A DNA stretch of 58,620 nt, counting the filler, from Dirinaria sp. TL-2023a (taxonomy: Eukaryota), in assembly GCA_051941275.1 (NCBI GenBank). It is 9 parts of 9 records of this genome, joined end to end, with 100 filler letters (N's around TTAATTAATTAA, not from the genome) between each part and the next. Parts side by side here need not be neighbours in the genome. Positions count along the whole stretch, not along the records: positions 26,147 to 32,569 come from JAVEBF010001484.1; positions 32,670 to 39,090 come from JAVEBF010001485.1; positions 39,191 to 45,604 come from JAVEBF010001486.1; 6 more parts are not named here. One strand, 5' to 3'. A program made the translations under genes and the position numbers. Below are positions 26,147 to 39,191 of the stretch, piece after piece. Position 1 is the stretch's first letter, and every line of letters starts with the position of its first letter. Below the pieces are notes generated by a model. It was not told the origin of the DNA, did not search any database, and worked only from the letters and a program-made list of their open reading frames with translations.

Positions 26147-26664
26147 GGGAGGGGAGTGGCATGTTGCTGTGCGGGATGGATGAGGGAGCGGTGGAGTCTT
26201 CGGAGTATCATGATTGGATTGGGGATGGACGAAGGCTGGTGGTTATTTGGTTCTTTATTTGCAGCTTGTCTCTACTGAGTACTTAAGAGGTCAAAACCAA
26301 GAGGTTCAATTTCGCGCCAAGACTGACGCCAAGAAGACGGAAATCCTCCTGCACTACGTTTAGATCACATGATATGTAAAGCTTAGCGACAATAGACGAC
26401 CTTCGTCAACAGAGCACTTGTCACAGCCAAAATATCGAAGTCTCCAAGACGTGATACTTTCTCGTAGCTTTACTCGCAGCGTTCCCTTTTCATGAAAACT
26501 TGATGGGTCTTTGCAGATGATAAAGAAATGTCGGACAAAATAAATCAACAAATACAGCAATAATCATTCACCAAGGGAGGGGTCCTCTTTTGGTGCAATG
26601 TGCAAGATTTGCTGTCTGACAGTTATGGAATACTGGCAATATATCAGACCCATACTCCGCAGAA

Positions 26665-26967
26665 ATGGAACTCGAGGCAAACCGCAAAATCGTCACGCGT
26701 TTCGTTGTCGCTATATTAGCAAGTGCTTTCCTTATAATTCCTTTGGTTGTTTCATCGCATCAGTCCAGTCCGTATTCACACCTGGTCACGGTATCGGTGT
26801 GCGTAGTGGTTTTCTCGCAACTCATCTCGAGGGTGTCAAAGGCCTCGAATGAGCGAGCCATGGCAGCTTCTGCAGCATATGCAGCTGTCTTGGTCGCCTT
26901 TCCTTCTAACACAACATCAGAGCCAGCCTTAAAATCTTGCAAGCTTTTGGCGAGACTGGGCTTTTGA
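26665..26967 (+). pseudogene. Isolated C-terminal 3-TM fragment of a DUF6594-like membrane protein
   Basis: RFVVAILASAFLIIPLVV..LVTVSVCVVVFS..AASAAYAAVLVAF matches the end of that family. No intact N-terminal part is visible. Confidence 0.55.
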
Positions 26968-27500
26968 AACAGGAAACACACATAAATCGGGCGTAAAGAG
27001 GCTTGCATTAGCGCTAGGTCCAGACAAGTGATATCTCTTTCTTATTGGTTCACATGATCCAGACTGGGGCCGCAAGCCCGATCCTAAGTATAGGATCAAT
27101 GTGGCGGATCAATGTGGTGGACCAATGCTCCGTCCCGAGTCTCACCTATCAGCCAAAACTTGGAAATCAAACAGCGTTCAATAGTCAAAAGTTGCTTCGT
27201 TTCAATAACATTTCAGTTTCACAAGCCCAAATTAAGAATCTTCCATCAAGGCTGACCCCTCAAGAGTTCAGAGGCCTCGCCGATCATTCGACTCTTCCTG
27301 CAAAACTTACAGCCCTGAAACAGCACTTTACTGGTGATTTCAGGGTTTGTTAACCCTTCATGTATTCTGAAACAATCAAGGTCTTGACGACCTCTAGGTA
27401 GTATCTTGTCTTGGGTGCTCAACCACCAACCTTCTTTGACCAGCTTGAGCGATCGGCCGGCTTGCGGACCCAGACGAAACTTTGGCGAGCTTTTCATCCG

Positions 27501-29280
27501 ATGTCTGCAAGGCTGCCACGACGGTCCCCTGACTGCTACACGGTCGGATGGCTTTGCGCTCTTCCTGAATCTGAGCTCCCAGCAGCAAGGGTGATGCTCG
27601 ACCACCGGCACGAGCCAGCACTTCTCCGAAACGAACTCGAGGAGAATGTCTACGAATATGGCGACATCAACGGTCACAACATCGTTCTCGCCTGCTTGGC
27701 CCCCGGTCAACCTGGAAAGTTGTCAGCTCAAAGACTTGTGCGCCCGCTGAAACAGAGTTTTCCGAATATGAGGCTCCATCTCTTCGTGGGTATCGGTGGA
27801 GGAGTACCCCGGAGGGATCCACCGAGAGATTCTGAGTTGGATATTCATCTCGGCGATGTGGTAGTTGGGCACGCTGAACAGACGAACGTTCCCTCCATCA
27901 TTCAATACAATCGAGTTAGCACGCTTTCCCATGAACTGTACTCAGCGCCAGGATCGTTAGAGCAATCAAGCCGCCAACTGCTGCAGGCTCTAAGCCCAAT
28001 CATCGCTGATCGTCAATTAGGAAATACCCAGTACGATAGACACCTAGCCAGATTTAAAGGATTACCGGCTTTTGAGCATCCGGGTCTCGAGAAGGATGTT
28101 CTTTTCGAAAATACTTACCTCCACAAGCAGCCCGGCTCAGATACATGCAAAGAGTGTGATACTTCCCGCTACGTAAAGCGCGCAGCACGAGAGACGAAAA
28201 AGATTGTATTCCACCAAGGTACGATTTTATCGGACGACTGGGTCATGAAGAATGCCGTGAAAAGAGATAAGCTCAGCAAGCGATACCATGACGCAATCTG
28301 CTTCGAAATGGAGGCGGCCGGCGTTATGGAAGATACGCACTGCCTCGTCATACGTGGCATCGCTGACTATGCGGACTCTCACAAGAACCATATCTGGCAG
28401 AAGTATGCCGCCGCAACGGCAGCAGCTTTCGCCCGGGAAATTCTGCATAAAATCCAGCCAGGATCGCGTTTTGTTGAGGATGGCCGATTGACAGAAGGAA
28501 GCATATATTCCTTCTCGAGCGCTAACCCTGATTCACAATCAAGGCAACCGCTAACCATTCGAGATTCTTGTGCGTGACCATTGAGCTAGTTTCTGGCCCA
28601 TATCTAGAGCATGAGGCTAACTATGGGGTTTCAGCAGCCAACCCTAACTTTAGACAAGGCATGACTACCGGTTTCAGTAAGTCATATGCCGGTGCAAGTC
28701 CCACTGTAGCCGCTATTATTGACGTCTCATGTTGCGACTAGGCCATCAGTACGATAACGCAGAGCAGCTCTTTGAAGACTGGCAGAAGCACAAACCCGTG
28801 TTGCAGAGCCTCCGCCGCGTTCTTGAAGCATTCCAAGCTGCGCTGCAAATTCTTCTTGATTCCGACAACGAGAACCCCGAATCCCGTTTTCGAGTTCATT
28901 TTCGCCTAGCCCAGGTCGAGCAAATAATGACATATTTTGAAGCGAAGCTACCACAAGAAAAGGAGAGACATGTGGACCAAGCCTTAGAACACGTCGAGGC
29001 AGCGACTTCCCAAACTCGCAAGATGAAGAACGCAGCACGTCTTCTCGACCAGATCAGGTTCGAAGAATGCTGCATCCATGGACGAAAAATAGAAATGAAG
29101 GCGGCCGCAGATCCTGGCGAGCGACCAGCCGCTGCGGAAGTAGACACTGCCATGCAAAACCTCAAAACAGCGATGCGACGTTTCGAAGAATCAAATCGGG
29201 ACCGATTTCGTTCGCAAAATCGAGAGTACGGCAGCTGGGTCCTGAACCGTCTCGAACAGGTAAAACGCCTTTTGCTATGA
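27501..29280 (+). CDS. PNP_UDP_1 (Pfs/MTA-nucleosidase-like) domain protein with a C-terminal alpha-helical domain, 549 aa, 3 exons
   Basis: YTVGWLCALP, LFVGIGGGVP, DIHLGDVVV, CFEMEAAG, IRGIADYADSHKN..WQKYAA. Phase-1 introns at 28570-28634 (GTGCGT..GCTAAC..CAG) and 28677-28741 (GTAAGT..TTGAC..TAG) join the two track ORFs in frame. Confidence 0.85.
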
Positions 29281-29535
29281 TTATGATTACAATGTATATT
29301 GATCCAAAAACCCCTCCCCCTTCCTCCAAGCCCAATGTCATACATCCTTACGCATTGATTCAGGCAAACGTAGCAATCGATTGCAGGCCTGAGGTAGTTT
29401 GGCAAATGTTTCTTCAGCGACATTCAAGATGTCTCAGCAAGACGCATCTGCGCCTGCTCTTTCTTAACTATAATTAACCAAAAACCATCCACTTGCAACC
29501 GTAGCCTCTTTTGCCGTCACCTTTCGCAAACGGTT

Positions 29536-30693
29536 TCAATCAATATCATTTGGCAGACGGTTCGGAGGCATGGTTGAGACAGTTCTGGACGTCGGTGCTC
29601 CAGAGTCGCGATTGCCGATGAGGGAATTGCCGGTTCCCGATTCTAACCCAACTGTAGCATCTGGATGCGATCTACGGCATCTGCGCCGGAAAAAAAGTCC
29701 CACAACCACTACCAAGATTAGCGAGGGGATGATCACCCCAATCGAAATTCCGACTTTCGCACCGGGACTGAGTCCACTGCTCGAGGAAGATGAGGTGGTC
29801 CTGGAGATAGGGCCAGTTGAGGTATTGTTCTGACTTGTTAACGCGCCAGTTGCTGCTATTAATGTAGTTGTCTCCTTTGCTGATGTGGTATTGCCTGCTG
29901 TTGGTGTGCCGTTGTCTGACGTTGTAGTGGTTGCTCTTGCTAGTGCGGAGTTCTCAACTGTTGCTGTGCCATTTATCGTGAATAGTTGAGAAGCAGGCTC
30001 TGCCGTCGATGTACCTGTTGATGAAATGGGTGTAGGGTATGGTAGTTCCGTGGGGAATGCCTCGTATGTATCATGTATGGTCGTCACGCCTTCTGCCGCT
30101 GGTGAAACATCGCGAATTTTCAATAGAGGGGAGACTGACGAGCTTATGCTTCTTGAAAAGATTGAACCCAGAGAAGCAAAGGACTGGAGATTCGAGCACG
30201 GTGAGGCATGTGCAGGGTTGGGCGTAGGGGAGGGGAATATATTGGACAGGCTATGCGGTGCTGACGCTTCGATGGCATCGGAACAGTTTCGGGAGCCATC
30301 TGAGTTGAAGAAGTAGCAGCGCCACAAGGCCTTCTCGCTGTCGTAGATAAAGAGGAGAACAGCCTTGTCGGCGCTACCACCTGCGCACAGTCAGATACTT
30401 GGTCTTTGAGATTCGTCCTAGTCCCTGAGGATGGCTTTATGGGCATGTCCAAGAGCCGAAATTCCCTGCTATAATACTGTGGTCGCTCAGGGGCACTTAC
30501 AGCAACTAAGAGTGCAGGCGGCTGCAAATGGATTCAGGTCGTGGCACAAGGAATCGGACAGACACACATGGTTGGATCCTATGGCACAGCAAGTCCGAAT
30601 GCCGGAAGTCCCTGATGTTGCATAAATTGGAAACTTGTCGATCGAGCCATAAGCGGCGTGATCGTATGCCCGAACGAGGCTTTCATTGGCCAT
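29536..30693 (-). CDS. Single-pass Ser/Thr-rich membrane protein (Mid2-like) with a Cys-rich N-terminal part, 5' region possibly decayed
   Basis: S/T stalk, GLSPGAKVGISIGVIIPSLILVVVVGLFFRRR transmembrane/stop-transfer segment, and upstream TCCAIGSNHVCLSDSLC. I could not build a clean spliced 5' end or a signal peptide. Confidence 0.5.
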
Positions 30694-31852
30694 TGTATAG
30701 CAGATAGGCAGGATTAGGATTGCAAGGCAACCGTGAATGTATGGAGTGATAATGCAGAGTTTTTTTTAATGCTATGGTGATCTGCTCAGTGCAAATTGGT
30801 TCAGATGCTAATAACGCCTTCGTATTTCTCACCAGCACCAAGAGTTACCCAACAAAAGTGGAGGAATGAAGAACTTCTCGTGCTTTGTCTGAAATTTATC
30901 CTGTCAAAGACAAAAGGGTCTAAGCCGAAATGGGATTGTCCGTACAAGGTTGATGGAAGTACATGGCTATGAACAGAAAAATTCGGCGAAAGATCTTCCA
31001 TTTGGCAGCCCATGCCGGCGCAGCTTATGCCGTGACAGCTTGTGCCATCTCGCTCTCCAAGTCGACCTTTCTAGCCAATTAGTCGACGCTGGGGTCTCTT
31101 GTACTACTCTGCTGAAACCCGGTCTACGGGGAAAGTCCTCATCTTGAGCCAGGACCCTCCTGGGAGCGTAAACTACCGTCATCTTGATGAGAGATTGACA
31201 CTCCAAACAAAGGCTTTAATATATTTCATGAATGAAAGTCGATATGCCAGCTGCGTCGCGGGCACTTGTACAGTGAGCTTGCCTTTCCAAGCCGGACGGT
31301 GCAATGAAACACGGGGTAAAGCAGGGTCCACACTCAGGGTTTAGGCCAGGTGCCAACTAGATCCCATATGAAACAATCAAGAAACAGAGGAAGAATAACT
31401 GAGAAGGTGGGATTCGACATTGGGAAATGGACCGTATGAGGGCATAATCCTGCTCACATGCAAGAGTTAAATGACTATCGTACCTTACTGTGACGTCAAT
31501 TTCACTGCCGTCGTGAAAATAGAAGATTAGCGATGAGTGTGGATCCAAACTCCTCAAGAACAGAAGAATAGCAATGAGCCTATAACCTTCGAGCGATGAT
31601 AGCGTTTGAATAAAATACTGTGGCCATCACCACGACTGCGTCTCGTGCCGAGGGTGCGTTTGCGTTTTTCATACTTCCATTAAGGTAGCTTTCTCGCTGA
31701 AAGGCGACGGCCCTTCTTTTTTCCTGCCAAGATTTCGCCAAGATATCGACATCGATTTTGGAATTCAACTCCACACACCCTCGACAGTCGAGATACTCAA
31801 ACAGTAGAGACATCTCCAACAGAGCAGCTCAAGCTGCTCCTCCAACCTCAAC

Positions 31853-32569
31853 ATGGTACGTCCAATATAGACCATCCTGAAAAAAAAAAAAGCATCTGCT
31901 AACCATTTCCAGCCTCAAAACGAGTATATCCCTCCCCCACGATCCCACAATCGAACCAAACGACTGACCGCACCAGATATATCGAACGATGGCAGCAGCA
32001 ACATGGCAAACGGTTCGCTCTCCCCTCGCAATCCACTCTCCTATCCTTCATCTCTCAGAGCTAATACAAAACCCCCCCAAAAACAGTCTGGACCACGAAG
32101 AAAGAACCCGCAAACGGCTCGCGCGCGCCCCCCACGCCGCCTCGTCCACAGCGCAGAACCTGCGCGGCCTGCGCGCGAAACTGCACCAAAAAGCGCGGCA
32201 CTCGGAGAAGATCCAGATGCGGAAAGCGATCCGGCAGCAGGAGGAGAAGAACGTCAAGGGCTCAGCGGGAGCGCCCAAGGAACCGTCCTCGCAGCCGCTG
32301 CCGCAGTACCTGCTCGACCGGGACCGGCCAGAGACGAACGCGAAAGCGCTGAGCAGCGCGATCAAGAACAAGCGGAACGAGAAGGCGGCCAAGTTCAGCG
32401 TGCCGCTGCCGAAGGTGCGGGGGATCAGCGAGGAGGAGATGTTCAAGGTGGTCAAGACGGGGAAGAAGACGGCGAAAAAGGGGTGGAAGCGGATGATCAC
32501 GAAGCCTACTTTCGGTATGATTTGGAAAAAGCCCCTTCCTACTCCCCCTCTCTTCTCTCTCCCCACCTC
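31853..32569 (+). CDS. NSA2: Ribosome biogenesis protein Nsa2 (3'-partial)
   Basis: Exons 31853-31855, 31913-31923, 31977-32012 and 32087-32514 give [23 protein letters not shown]...[30 protein letters not shown]. Confidence 0.96.
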
Positions 32570-32669
32570 NNNNNNNNNNNNNNNNNNNNNNNNNNNNNNN
32601 NNNNNNNNNNNNNTTAATTAATTAANNNNNNNNNNNNNNNNNNNNNNNNNNNNNNNNNNNNNNNNNNNN
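32570..32669. other. Artificial contig linker
   Basis: 44N-TTAATTAATTAA-44N. Confidence 0.99.
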
Positions 32670-33853
32670 GTTATATTCAATAAACGGAATTGATTCTGGT
32701 TGGGTGGAGCGAATAGTATATCGAGCCGACATGCTCTTCTCGTTTTTTTTTTTTTTTTTTGGCTGATAGAGGCATCGAGTATCAAGGATATTGTAGCTAC
32801 ATTAGGTATCTGTAGCCAACTGCAGTACCTTAGACGATACGGTCTTGGCGTACGTAGCGCTAGCCAGGACTTAAGGTAGATATGGCGTGGTTCGTATGCC
32901 ACTCGCTCTTACTACAACGCGAGCGTCTCCTCCTTCGACATGAACATAACTCGATCATTTTTACCGAAGTGTCGCCTACAGAGCGTCGCGAAAATTCTTG
33001 GTAAGTAATCTTTCTTACGTAAGGTATCTGACAGGCATCTGAAGACCATGAACGGCATCAGCCTGGTTTTTGACTTCCCTAATACCGTCTATTGTGATGC
33101 GAGCGCGGACCAAGATGGGGATCAGATCTCAAAGTCGCTAGTGCGAAGGCAGGCTGACGAAGCCAAAGCGATGAAGTATTTGGTACCTTGGAAGATTCTG
33201 TAGTATTGTCTATCAGAACAGAGTCGATCTCGAGTCTTCTATGTCTAGGGTTTTCTCAAGGAAATCTCAAGAGGATTCGCGACGGAGAGTTTTGAGATCT
33301 ATTAGTGAAGGTGCCTATTTACTGTAGTCTTCCCGAGGGTTCAGAGTAAGCTAAGGTACGAAGTAGGTAAGGTAAGGTACCTTAATCTTTAAGGTAGCAA
33401 CTCGGGAGCCGAACCCTATCCAAACCCTGACCTACCGGGTCCGAATGTTACCTTAAAGTATTATCAGCACCGAGTCAAGTTTTTAAAATCTGCCTCGACA
33501 GCAGCCGTACCCTGCACATACTGTCAATATATCTAGAAGACCGACCGCAATCTAGAACTTACAGAGCGATTCATCACTTATCGATGACTTATTTCCACTG
33601 TACCTCCGTGATACTGCAGTGATGGAAGTTGTCAGCGAGCTAGTAAGGTCGAGCCCCAAGATTGATATAAGCCTAGGCTGATGCGTTAAGAATCTGATTG
33701 AAGCGCCGCTCTAGTCCAATTCAAACGGAAACGATTCCGCCGGTTTTCAAGAATCTTGTTCCTTTGACAGGCTTTGTCTAGACGATCGCGGGTAGTGCTT
33801 TATCATTTACATTCAGGGCCTTGCAGGGCAAGGGGGAAGTGTCTAGATGCCTG

Positions 33854-33915
33854 CGATGTCACCTCACAGAGGCCATCGATGCCACGATGTCACCTTATAG
33901 AGGTCATCGATGCCA
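33854..33915. repeat. Two tandem 31-bp units, each with internal inverted symmetry
   Basis: CGATGTCACCTCACAGAGGCCATCGATGCCA followed by CGATGTCACCTTATAGAGGTCATCGATGCCA, differing at three C/T positions. Confidence 0.9.
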
Positions 33916-36483
33916 CCTCGGTTGCGCATTTGATAGGTATGTGGTCGCTCCTATGCAGTCATCTCACCCAGGAGTATAGAAGCATAGGACTTCCAGATGC
34001 AGTTGGCAGGGGGAGGCTGTCTGCCGAATGCGGTTAGCGGCATCCAGGCAGCATACATGACAGTCCTCCTGGCGGGGTGCCTGATGGAGCATATAATGCC
34101 TCATCGGCACCTCCTTTTGGCTTGCACTTTTGCTTCATCATCTGCTCATCATTGCACACGATATCGCATTGCGAAAACGCTTTCCCACCTACCCACTCCA
34201 GGTATCTGCCATAACCGGGATGCCTCCGGATCCGAACATGTTGACACATCTAACTCAGCAGCGGTTATGTTTTACTCTACGCTCATAACGTGGCCTCTTC
34301 TTCACCTTTCCTGTTGAATAATAGACTACCCTAGGAACCCAAGCTTTTCCAAACTTTCGGCAGTGGAGTCTATTGAGAGGTCGTAGAAGATTAGGTCGAT
34401 GAAGAAACCGAGTAGTTGATTGATATCCAGGGCAAGCAATTCCTGCTTTTTAAGAAATCCGCTATCTTCTAAAGTTTTTGCGTCCACTTCTTGGTTAAAG
34501 TGGTGGTCTACCTACCTCTTGGACTGGAGGCTCAAGGTTATTCGCTCAACCAGAAACGCTCCTCAAACTTTTTTTTTGGAATGCGGTGTATCCAATGTCT
34601 CGAATTCGTATGTGTGACCTTCCAGATTTGCACGCCCAATTTGACTTTGGCTGGAGGGAATTCCTTTGCCGAAAGTTCCTATCCATCTTAGACTTCTAAG
34701 AAACACGGTATTTTGTCCTAAGAAAGAGAAGTCGCGAGAAATACGCGGACAAAAATCACTCCTTAGTTATTGAGGCTGCTGATATTATTATCGTTAGCTT
34801 GAGTGCTGCACAATGCTCCCAAAGCATTGGCTATACTGTCTCGCTGTTCGAGTGCGCAGGATGACTTCACATTCTGGAGGCATGGCTGATGGCACATACA
34901 GCAACACATCACTCAATTACAATATATAAACATGCATTACCCTCCATATATCAGACCTTTCAAGCCGTACCTCTTCTGAACCTTCTAATCGACTGCTAGC
35001 ATGTCTGAGCTTGCTTGCCTCTTTGGCTAATCACGACCTATCGACTCCTAGATGTGCGCGGTTATCTTTTGGTTCTCAGAAGACGTTCTACGAACTCGAA
35101 AAGGGCAGTGGACTTTGCTTGTTGCTGACTACACTTACATGATTTCTCAGTCGTATCTCCGTTCGAAGAACTTGTCAAATAGTCTTCTGTCGAACTTTAC
35201 TGTAGGCTCAGTCTGAATCATAAAGTGCGTTACATGTTATGTCAAATTACCCCTTCGCACAATGCCTTGCTATTTCCTCTATGTCATGATGTAATTCTTT
35301 ACCTTTCCATCGTTCAATTGATGAACCAAGCATCTAAGATATCTACAGTTTTGCAGAAACAACAGCTCATATATGTTTACAAAGGCTGTTCAGGCGATAT
35401 AGGCTGCTTCTCCTTCATGGCACTTAATCCTTATTACCACGGCCGATATTTGCTATTACCGCAATGGCGACAGACGTACGACAACTGTGTTCAATGAAGG
35501 CCAGTGGAATGCAGCAGACGCTGGTTCTTAATCCTCAGTCTGACCGTGGCGACCGGACTTATGGCCAAGACGCTTTCGGATTTGGCGTGCGCTTGGTATC
35601 TCGAAATTCTACCCTTCCCTACATACACAGTCTACAAGGTAACTTTTTGTTAAGGAATTCCACTGCCGGCCACATCACTCTCGTTCAGTGTCAACAATTC
35701 TTTCCATCTATCAAATAAATCCTCTTCGATCATTTGCTGTCTCAGGATTCATGTAGCTGCTTCTCTCTAGCGCTAGCGAAAGAACGAGATTTTGGCACAA
35801 TAACGTTTTCACGAAGTGTCGACGAATCGATTCTCCAAGTGTCACAGTCAAATCGATAAATCGTTTAGTGTTAAAAGACGCTAGAAAAAGATGATTTTTG
35901 CAATTTCAATTCTGAAGCATCGAATTGAGAAGAAAGACATTGATAGACGACAGCAAGCAGTGATAAATGCGCATGTAGAAGAGAAATTACTATGGATGTC
36001 AAGGTTTTCGCAACACACATACACACGCCAAATAACAGCCCCGGTTCGAGGTAATGCGGTCAATCCCAACGCCAACTCAACTCAGTTAAGGACAGACCAT
36101 TACAACTTGTATGTCGCCGATATTGTTTAGACCTACTTTTGGAGTCAGTTCTGGTCCTCAACGCAAGCGAAACAGGTCTTCCATACCGCAAAATTGTATA
36201 CTTAAATGCGGCGGCTTACCATCGGCCCATTTAATTCTGTTTCGTGGTGCTTGGGCATCCCATTTGCAAATCTTAATGTGGTACCTTCGACTGCTAGTGA
36301 AACTATTGGTTCCGGAAACATTATTAGACTTGAAGCGTACGCTGAATCTGGAATGGGATACACGACTTGCATTCCGGCGCGCGAACGCGCTGGCGTTTAT
36401 ATTATCATTCAGTCTTCTTTTCGTTATGATATGAGCCCGTCTTGCTTTGACTTCAAGTTCCCATACATTTTCCTACTGTTGCA

Positions 36484-37573
36484 ATGAGGTGCCCAGCTTG
36501 TACACTTGTCGTGGGCATTTCAAGCGCCGCTGAAATGGTTGCTCAATCTTTCATAACTACGTTCATACCAACAGGTTCATGCGTTCCTGACATTAATTCC
36601 TCAACCTCTATCACCCAAGGTGGCTCTGATAGCAATACTACCCTAAACACAAGACCGACGCACGCAGGGACCAGCAGCGTAATCACAGTAACAGAAACCT
36701 TCTCAGAAAACTCAAGCGTCGCCTTACAAGCTTCTGGCTCCTCCTCATTTACGTATGAAACCTAGCAATTAAGATAATAAGCAGCGCTAAGAGTAATGAA
36801 GATCACTGTTGTCGTCCACCTATACACCGGCAACCCTAACGTCATCCGGCTTTATTTTGAGTTACCAACCTCCGAGCACTCAATATGGCCGAATCAGCTC
36901 TAGACAGAATCAGCAAACGTTTTTGACACCCGGTGGTGAATCCACCCACGACTGTCACAGCGCGCTCGTTTGCTATTTGACCTCCAGCAGAGAACTGGCA
37001 ACTTTTGCTGGCGAAAAATTTTCGACGTCAGAAGGCTTGAACAGGCAAACGTTCATGCCATCTACGTACATCAGGCCTATAACAACTACTTGGCAGTTGA
37101 CGGATCGATTCTTGAAGTGGTACAACGGTTTTTTCCGCAACGGTAGCGCTACAATATGTAGCACAGGCGGTGATATCACCGCGTACTTCATCAACGTGCC
37201 ACCGGTCACTTGCGTTCCCATTGAGCTGTCGCTGGTCCCATGTGAGTGATGAACTTACTCTGAAGCAGCGACGCAGTCCTGACGACTTACAGTATCTACA
37301 TGTCCCGGCCTCAGTATACAGCACAACGCCTCGTCGACGAAAGCCGGCACTGCCCACTCTACAGCTTTACATCTGAACATGACCTTTGATACAATCATAC
37401 ATACGACCGTAGGCGATCATAGGCCTTCGAGTACGTCGACTTTTAGGTCTTTCGCGACAGCAGCTTCTATTGCCAGTGCTCTCTCCTCCGTATACTCGTC
37501 CACCAACGCCACTTTGGCCTTCCCCACGACCGTATCATCTTCTAGAGCCGCCTTGTTCCGGATGCGACTATAA
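36484..37573 (+). CDS. Ser/Thr-rich, probably extracellular protein with a DUF7908-like Cys domain (5' end unresolved, possibly decaying)
   Basis: Phase-compatible introns at 36753-36801 and 37242-37292 link three ORFs. The domain reads FILSYQ..THDCHSA..KFSTS..ITTTWQ..LKWYNGFFRNGSATIC..PPVTCVPIELSLVP. Confidence 0.55.
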
Positions 37574-39090
37574 GTCGAGCTTGCGGTCTTTCCTCCGCCA
37601 GCGCTCCAGCGCCAATAATATTTTTGCCAGAGCGCCACTACTGCTGAGGATTTTCATTCTAATCAACGTAACTATGTGTCGTCAAAAAGCGAGAAGTATC
37701 GCACAGTCCATTGACGCTATGCAGCAATCTTTACACTTCACGTTCTGTACATATACTGCTTATCTTCCATCAGATGCAGGCCTCTCATGCCCATCCTTCT
37801 ATCTAATATCATCCAATGAGGCTTCATAAGTGGATCTCCAATGATACATTTATTAACAGTTCTAGAGAGGCAATTGGTACCAATCAACGCCAAACGCACC
37901 TCAAATAGCGAAAAATTTCTTCGCTCGTCCTTATTGCTACCAAAAAATAACAGGGGAAAAAAAAATTCTCATTACCACCACTAGATCCAGAGGGAATGAC
38001 TCAAAGAACGCAAACCTCCTCGAAACCCCCTTTCCTCTCGCATCTTACAAATATAATAATCTCCACCACTCCCCTCCCTCCAAAAACCCCCTTTCCAAGA
38101 CCTCCAAATGACGCGCAACATATCTCACATTTCAAAGACCGGATAAAACCGTCCCACTTCCACAGATCTTCATCACCATATACACAAAGATCTCTTCTAT
38201 TCCGTTTAAAGATCCAGCCCAAATCAAGAATGTTATATTCTCTAGCTTCTCTCGCTACAGCCTTTGAATGCACATTTATCACGCTTTTCCTTCCTTGCCT
38301 ATCCTTACGGTTATTGTACAGAAGCACTCGGATATTCGCGCCGCTCTCGAATCACGGAACAGCTCAAGAAATAAGAAAGCTCAAAAACACGTGTCCTTCA
38401 AGTCCAAATATGGTTGCACCAAATGCCCCAAATCAAACATCCTAACCTTCCAGAAACCATTTCTTTGCTAATGGGGTTTAGGATACGATACGATATTCTT
38501 AAGTTCTCAATATCCAAAGCTATGAAGCAGAACTCTATAAATCTTTCCTAACTCCCCTACCTCCTTCCCTGGCTCATATATGATATCCCCCTTCAGCACA
38601 GACAGGAACGATGCCAAAAAAAACCCCTCGTGAAAATTGTTGCAAAAACCCACAACTGTACAAAAGAAAAAAAGTCCAGATACCTCAGAATCCAGCGACG
38701 TCTTCCAACGCTCACTATCCCCTCCTCGAGCCCCAAACAAAAAAAAAAAAAAAACAAAAAAAAAACCACAGTGAGCGCGATGTAAAGCTCAAATTTCCAC
38801 CTTCCCTCCTCCAGCTACAGCCATGTACTCATTTCTTACCCTTCACTCAGAAGACGAAGCGTTATGACTCGTCTCACCTCAGCAAATTGATTACTCAAGA
38901 TCTAAATCTAAAAAAAGCACACACGCGCGCCGGAATCATACATACAGCGATCGTACTTACCATCGTCTTTCAGAGAGCGAACAAATGATCAAGACTATTT
39001 TCTTTTTGCGTCTTATTTCTTTCTATTTTCCCTCCAAAAGAAAATTAGATAATAGAGATACTACTTTCACAGCTCTACAATTTTAAATTC

Positions 39091-39190
39091 NNNNNNNNNN
39101 NNNNNNNNNNNNNNNNNNNNNNNNNNNNNNNNNNTTAATTAATTAANNNNNNNNNNNNNNNNNNNNNNNNNNNNNNNNNNNNNNNNNNNN
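39091..39190. other. Artificial contig linker
   Basis: 44N-TTAATTAATTAA-44N. Confidence 0.99.
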
Positions 39191-39191
39191 G

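Noticed and set aside
28498..28563. Possible non-canonical intron before the PNP gene's first donor (two GCTAAC motifs)
   Set aside because: There is no GT donor and the frame is open without it, so it is unsupported.
36763..36808. Stop plus frame change suggesting a pseudogene or programmed frameshift
   Set aside because: A phase-compatible 49-nt intron (36753-36801) removes both.
37900..39090. AT-rich, strand-skewed region as a transposon or decayed gene (similar regions at 51000-52118 and 52219-52900)
   Set aside because: No transposase, RT or other motif, and no terminal repeats that I could recognise.
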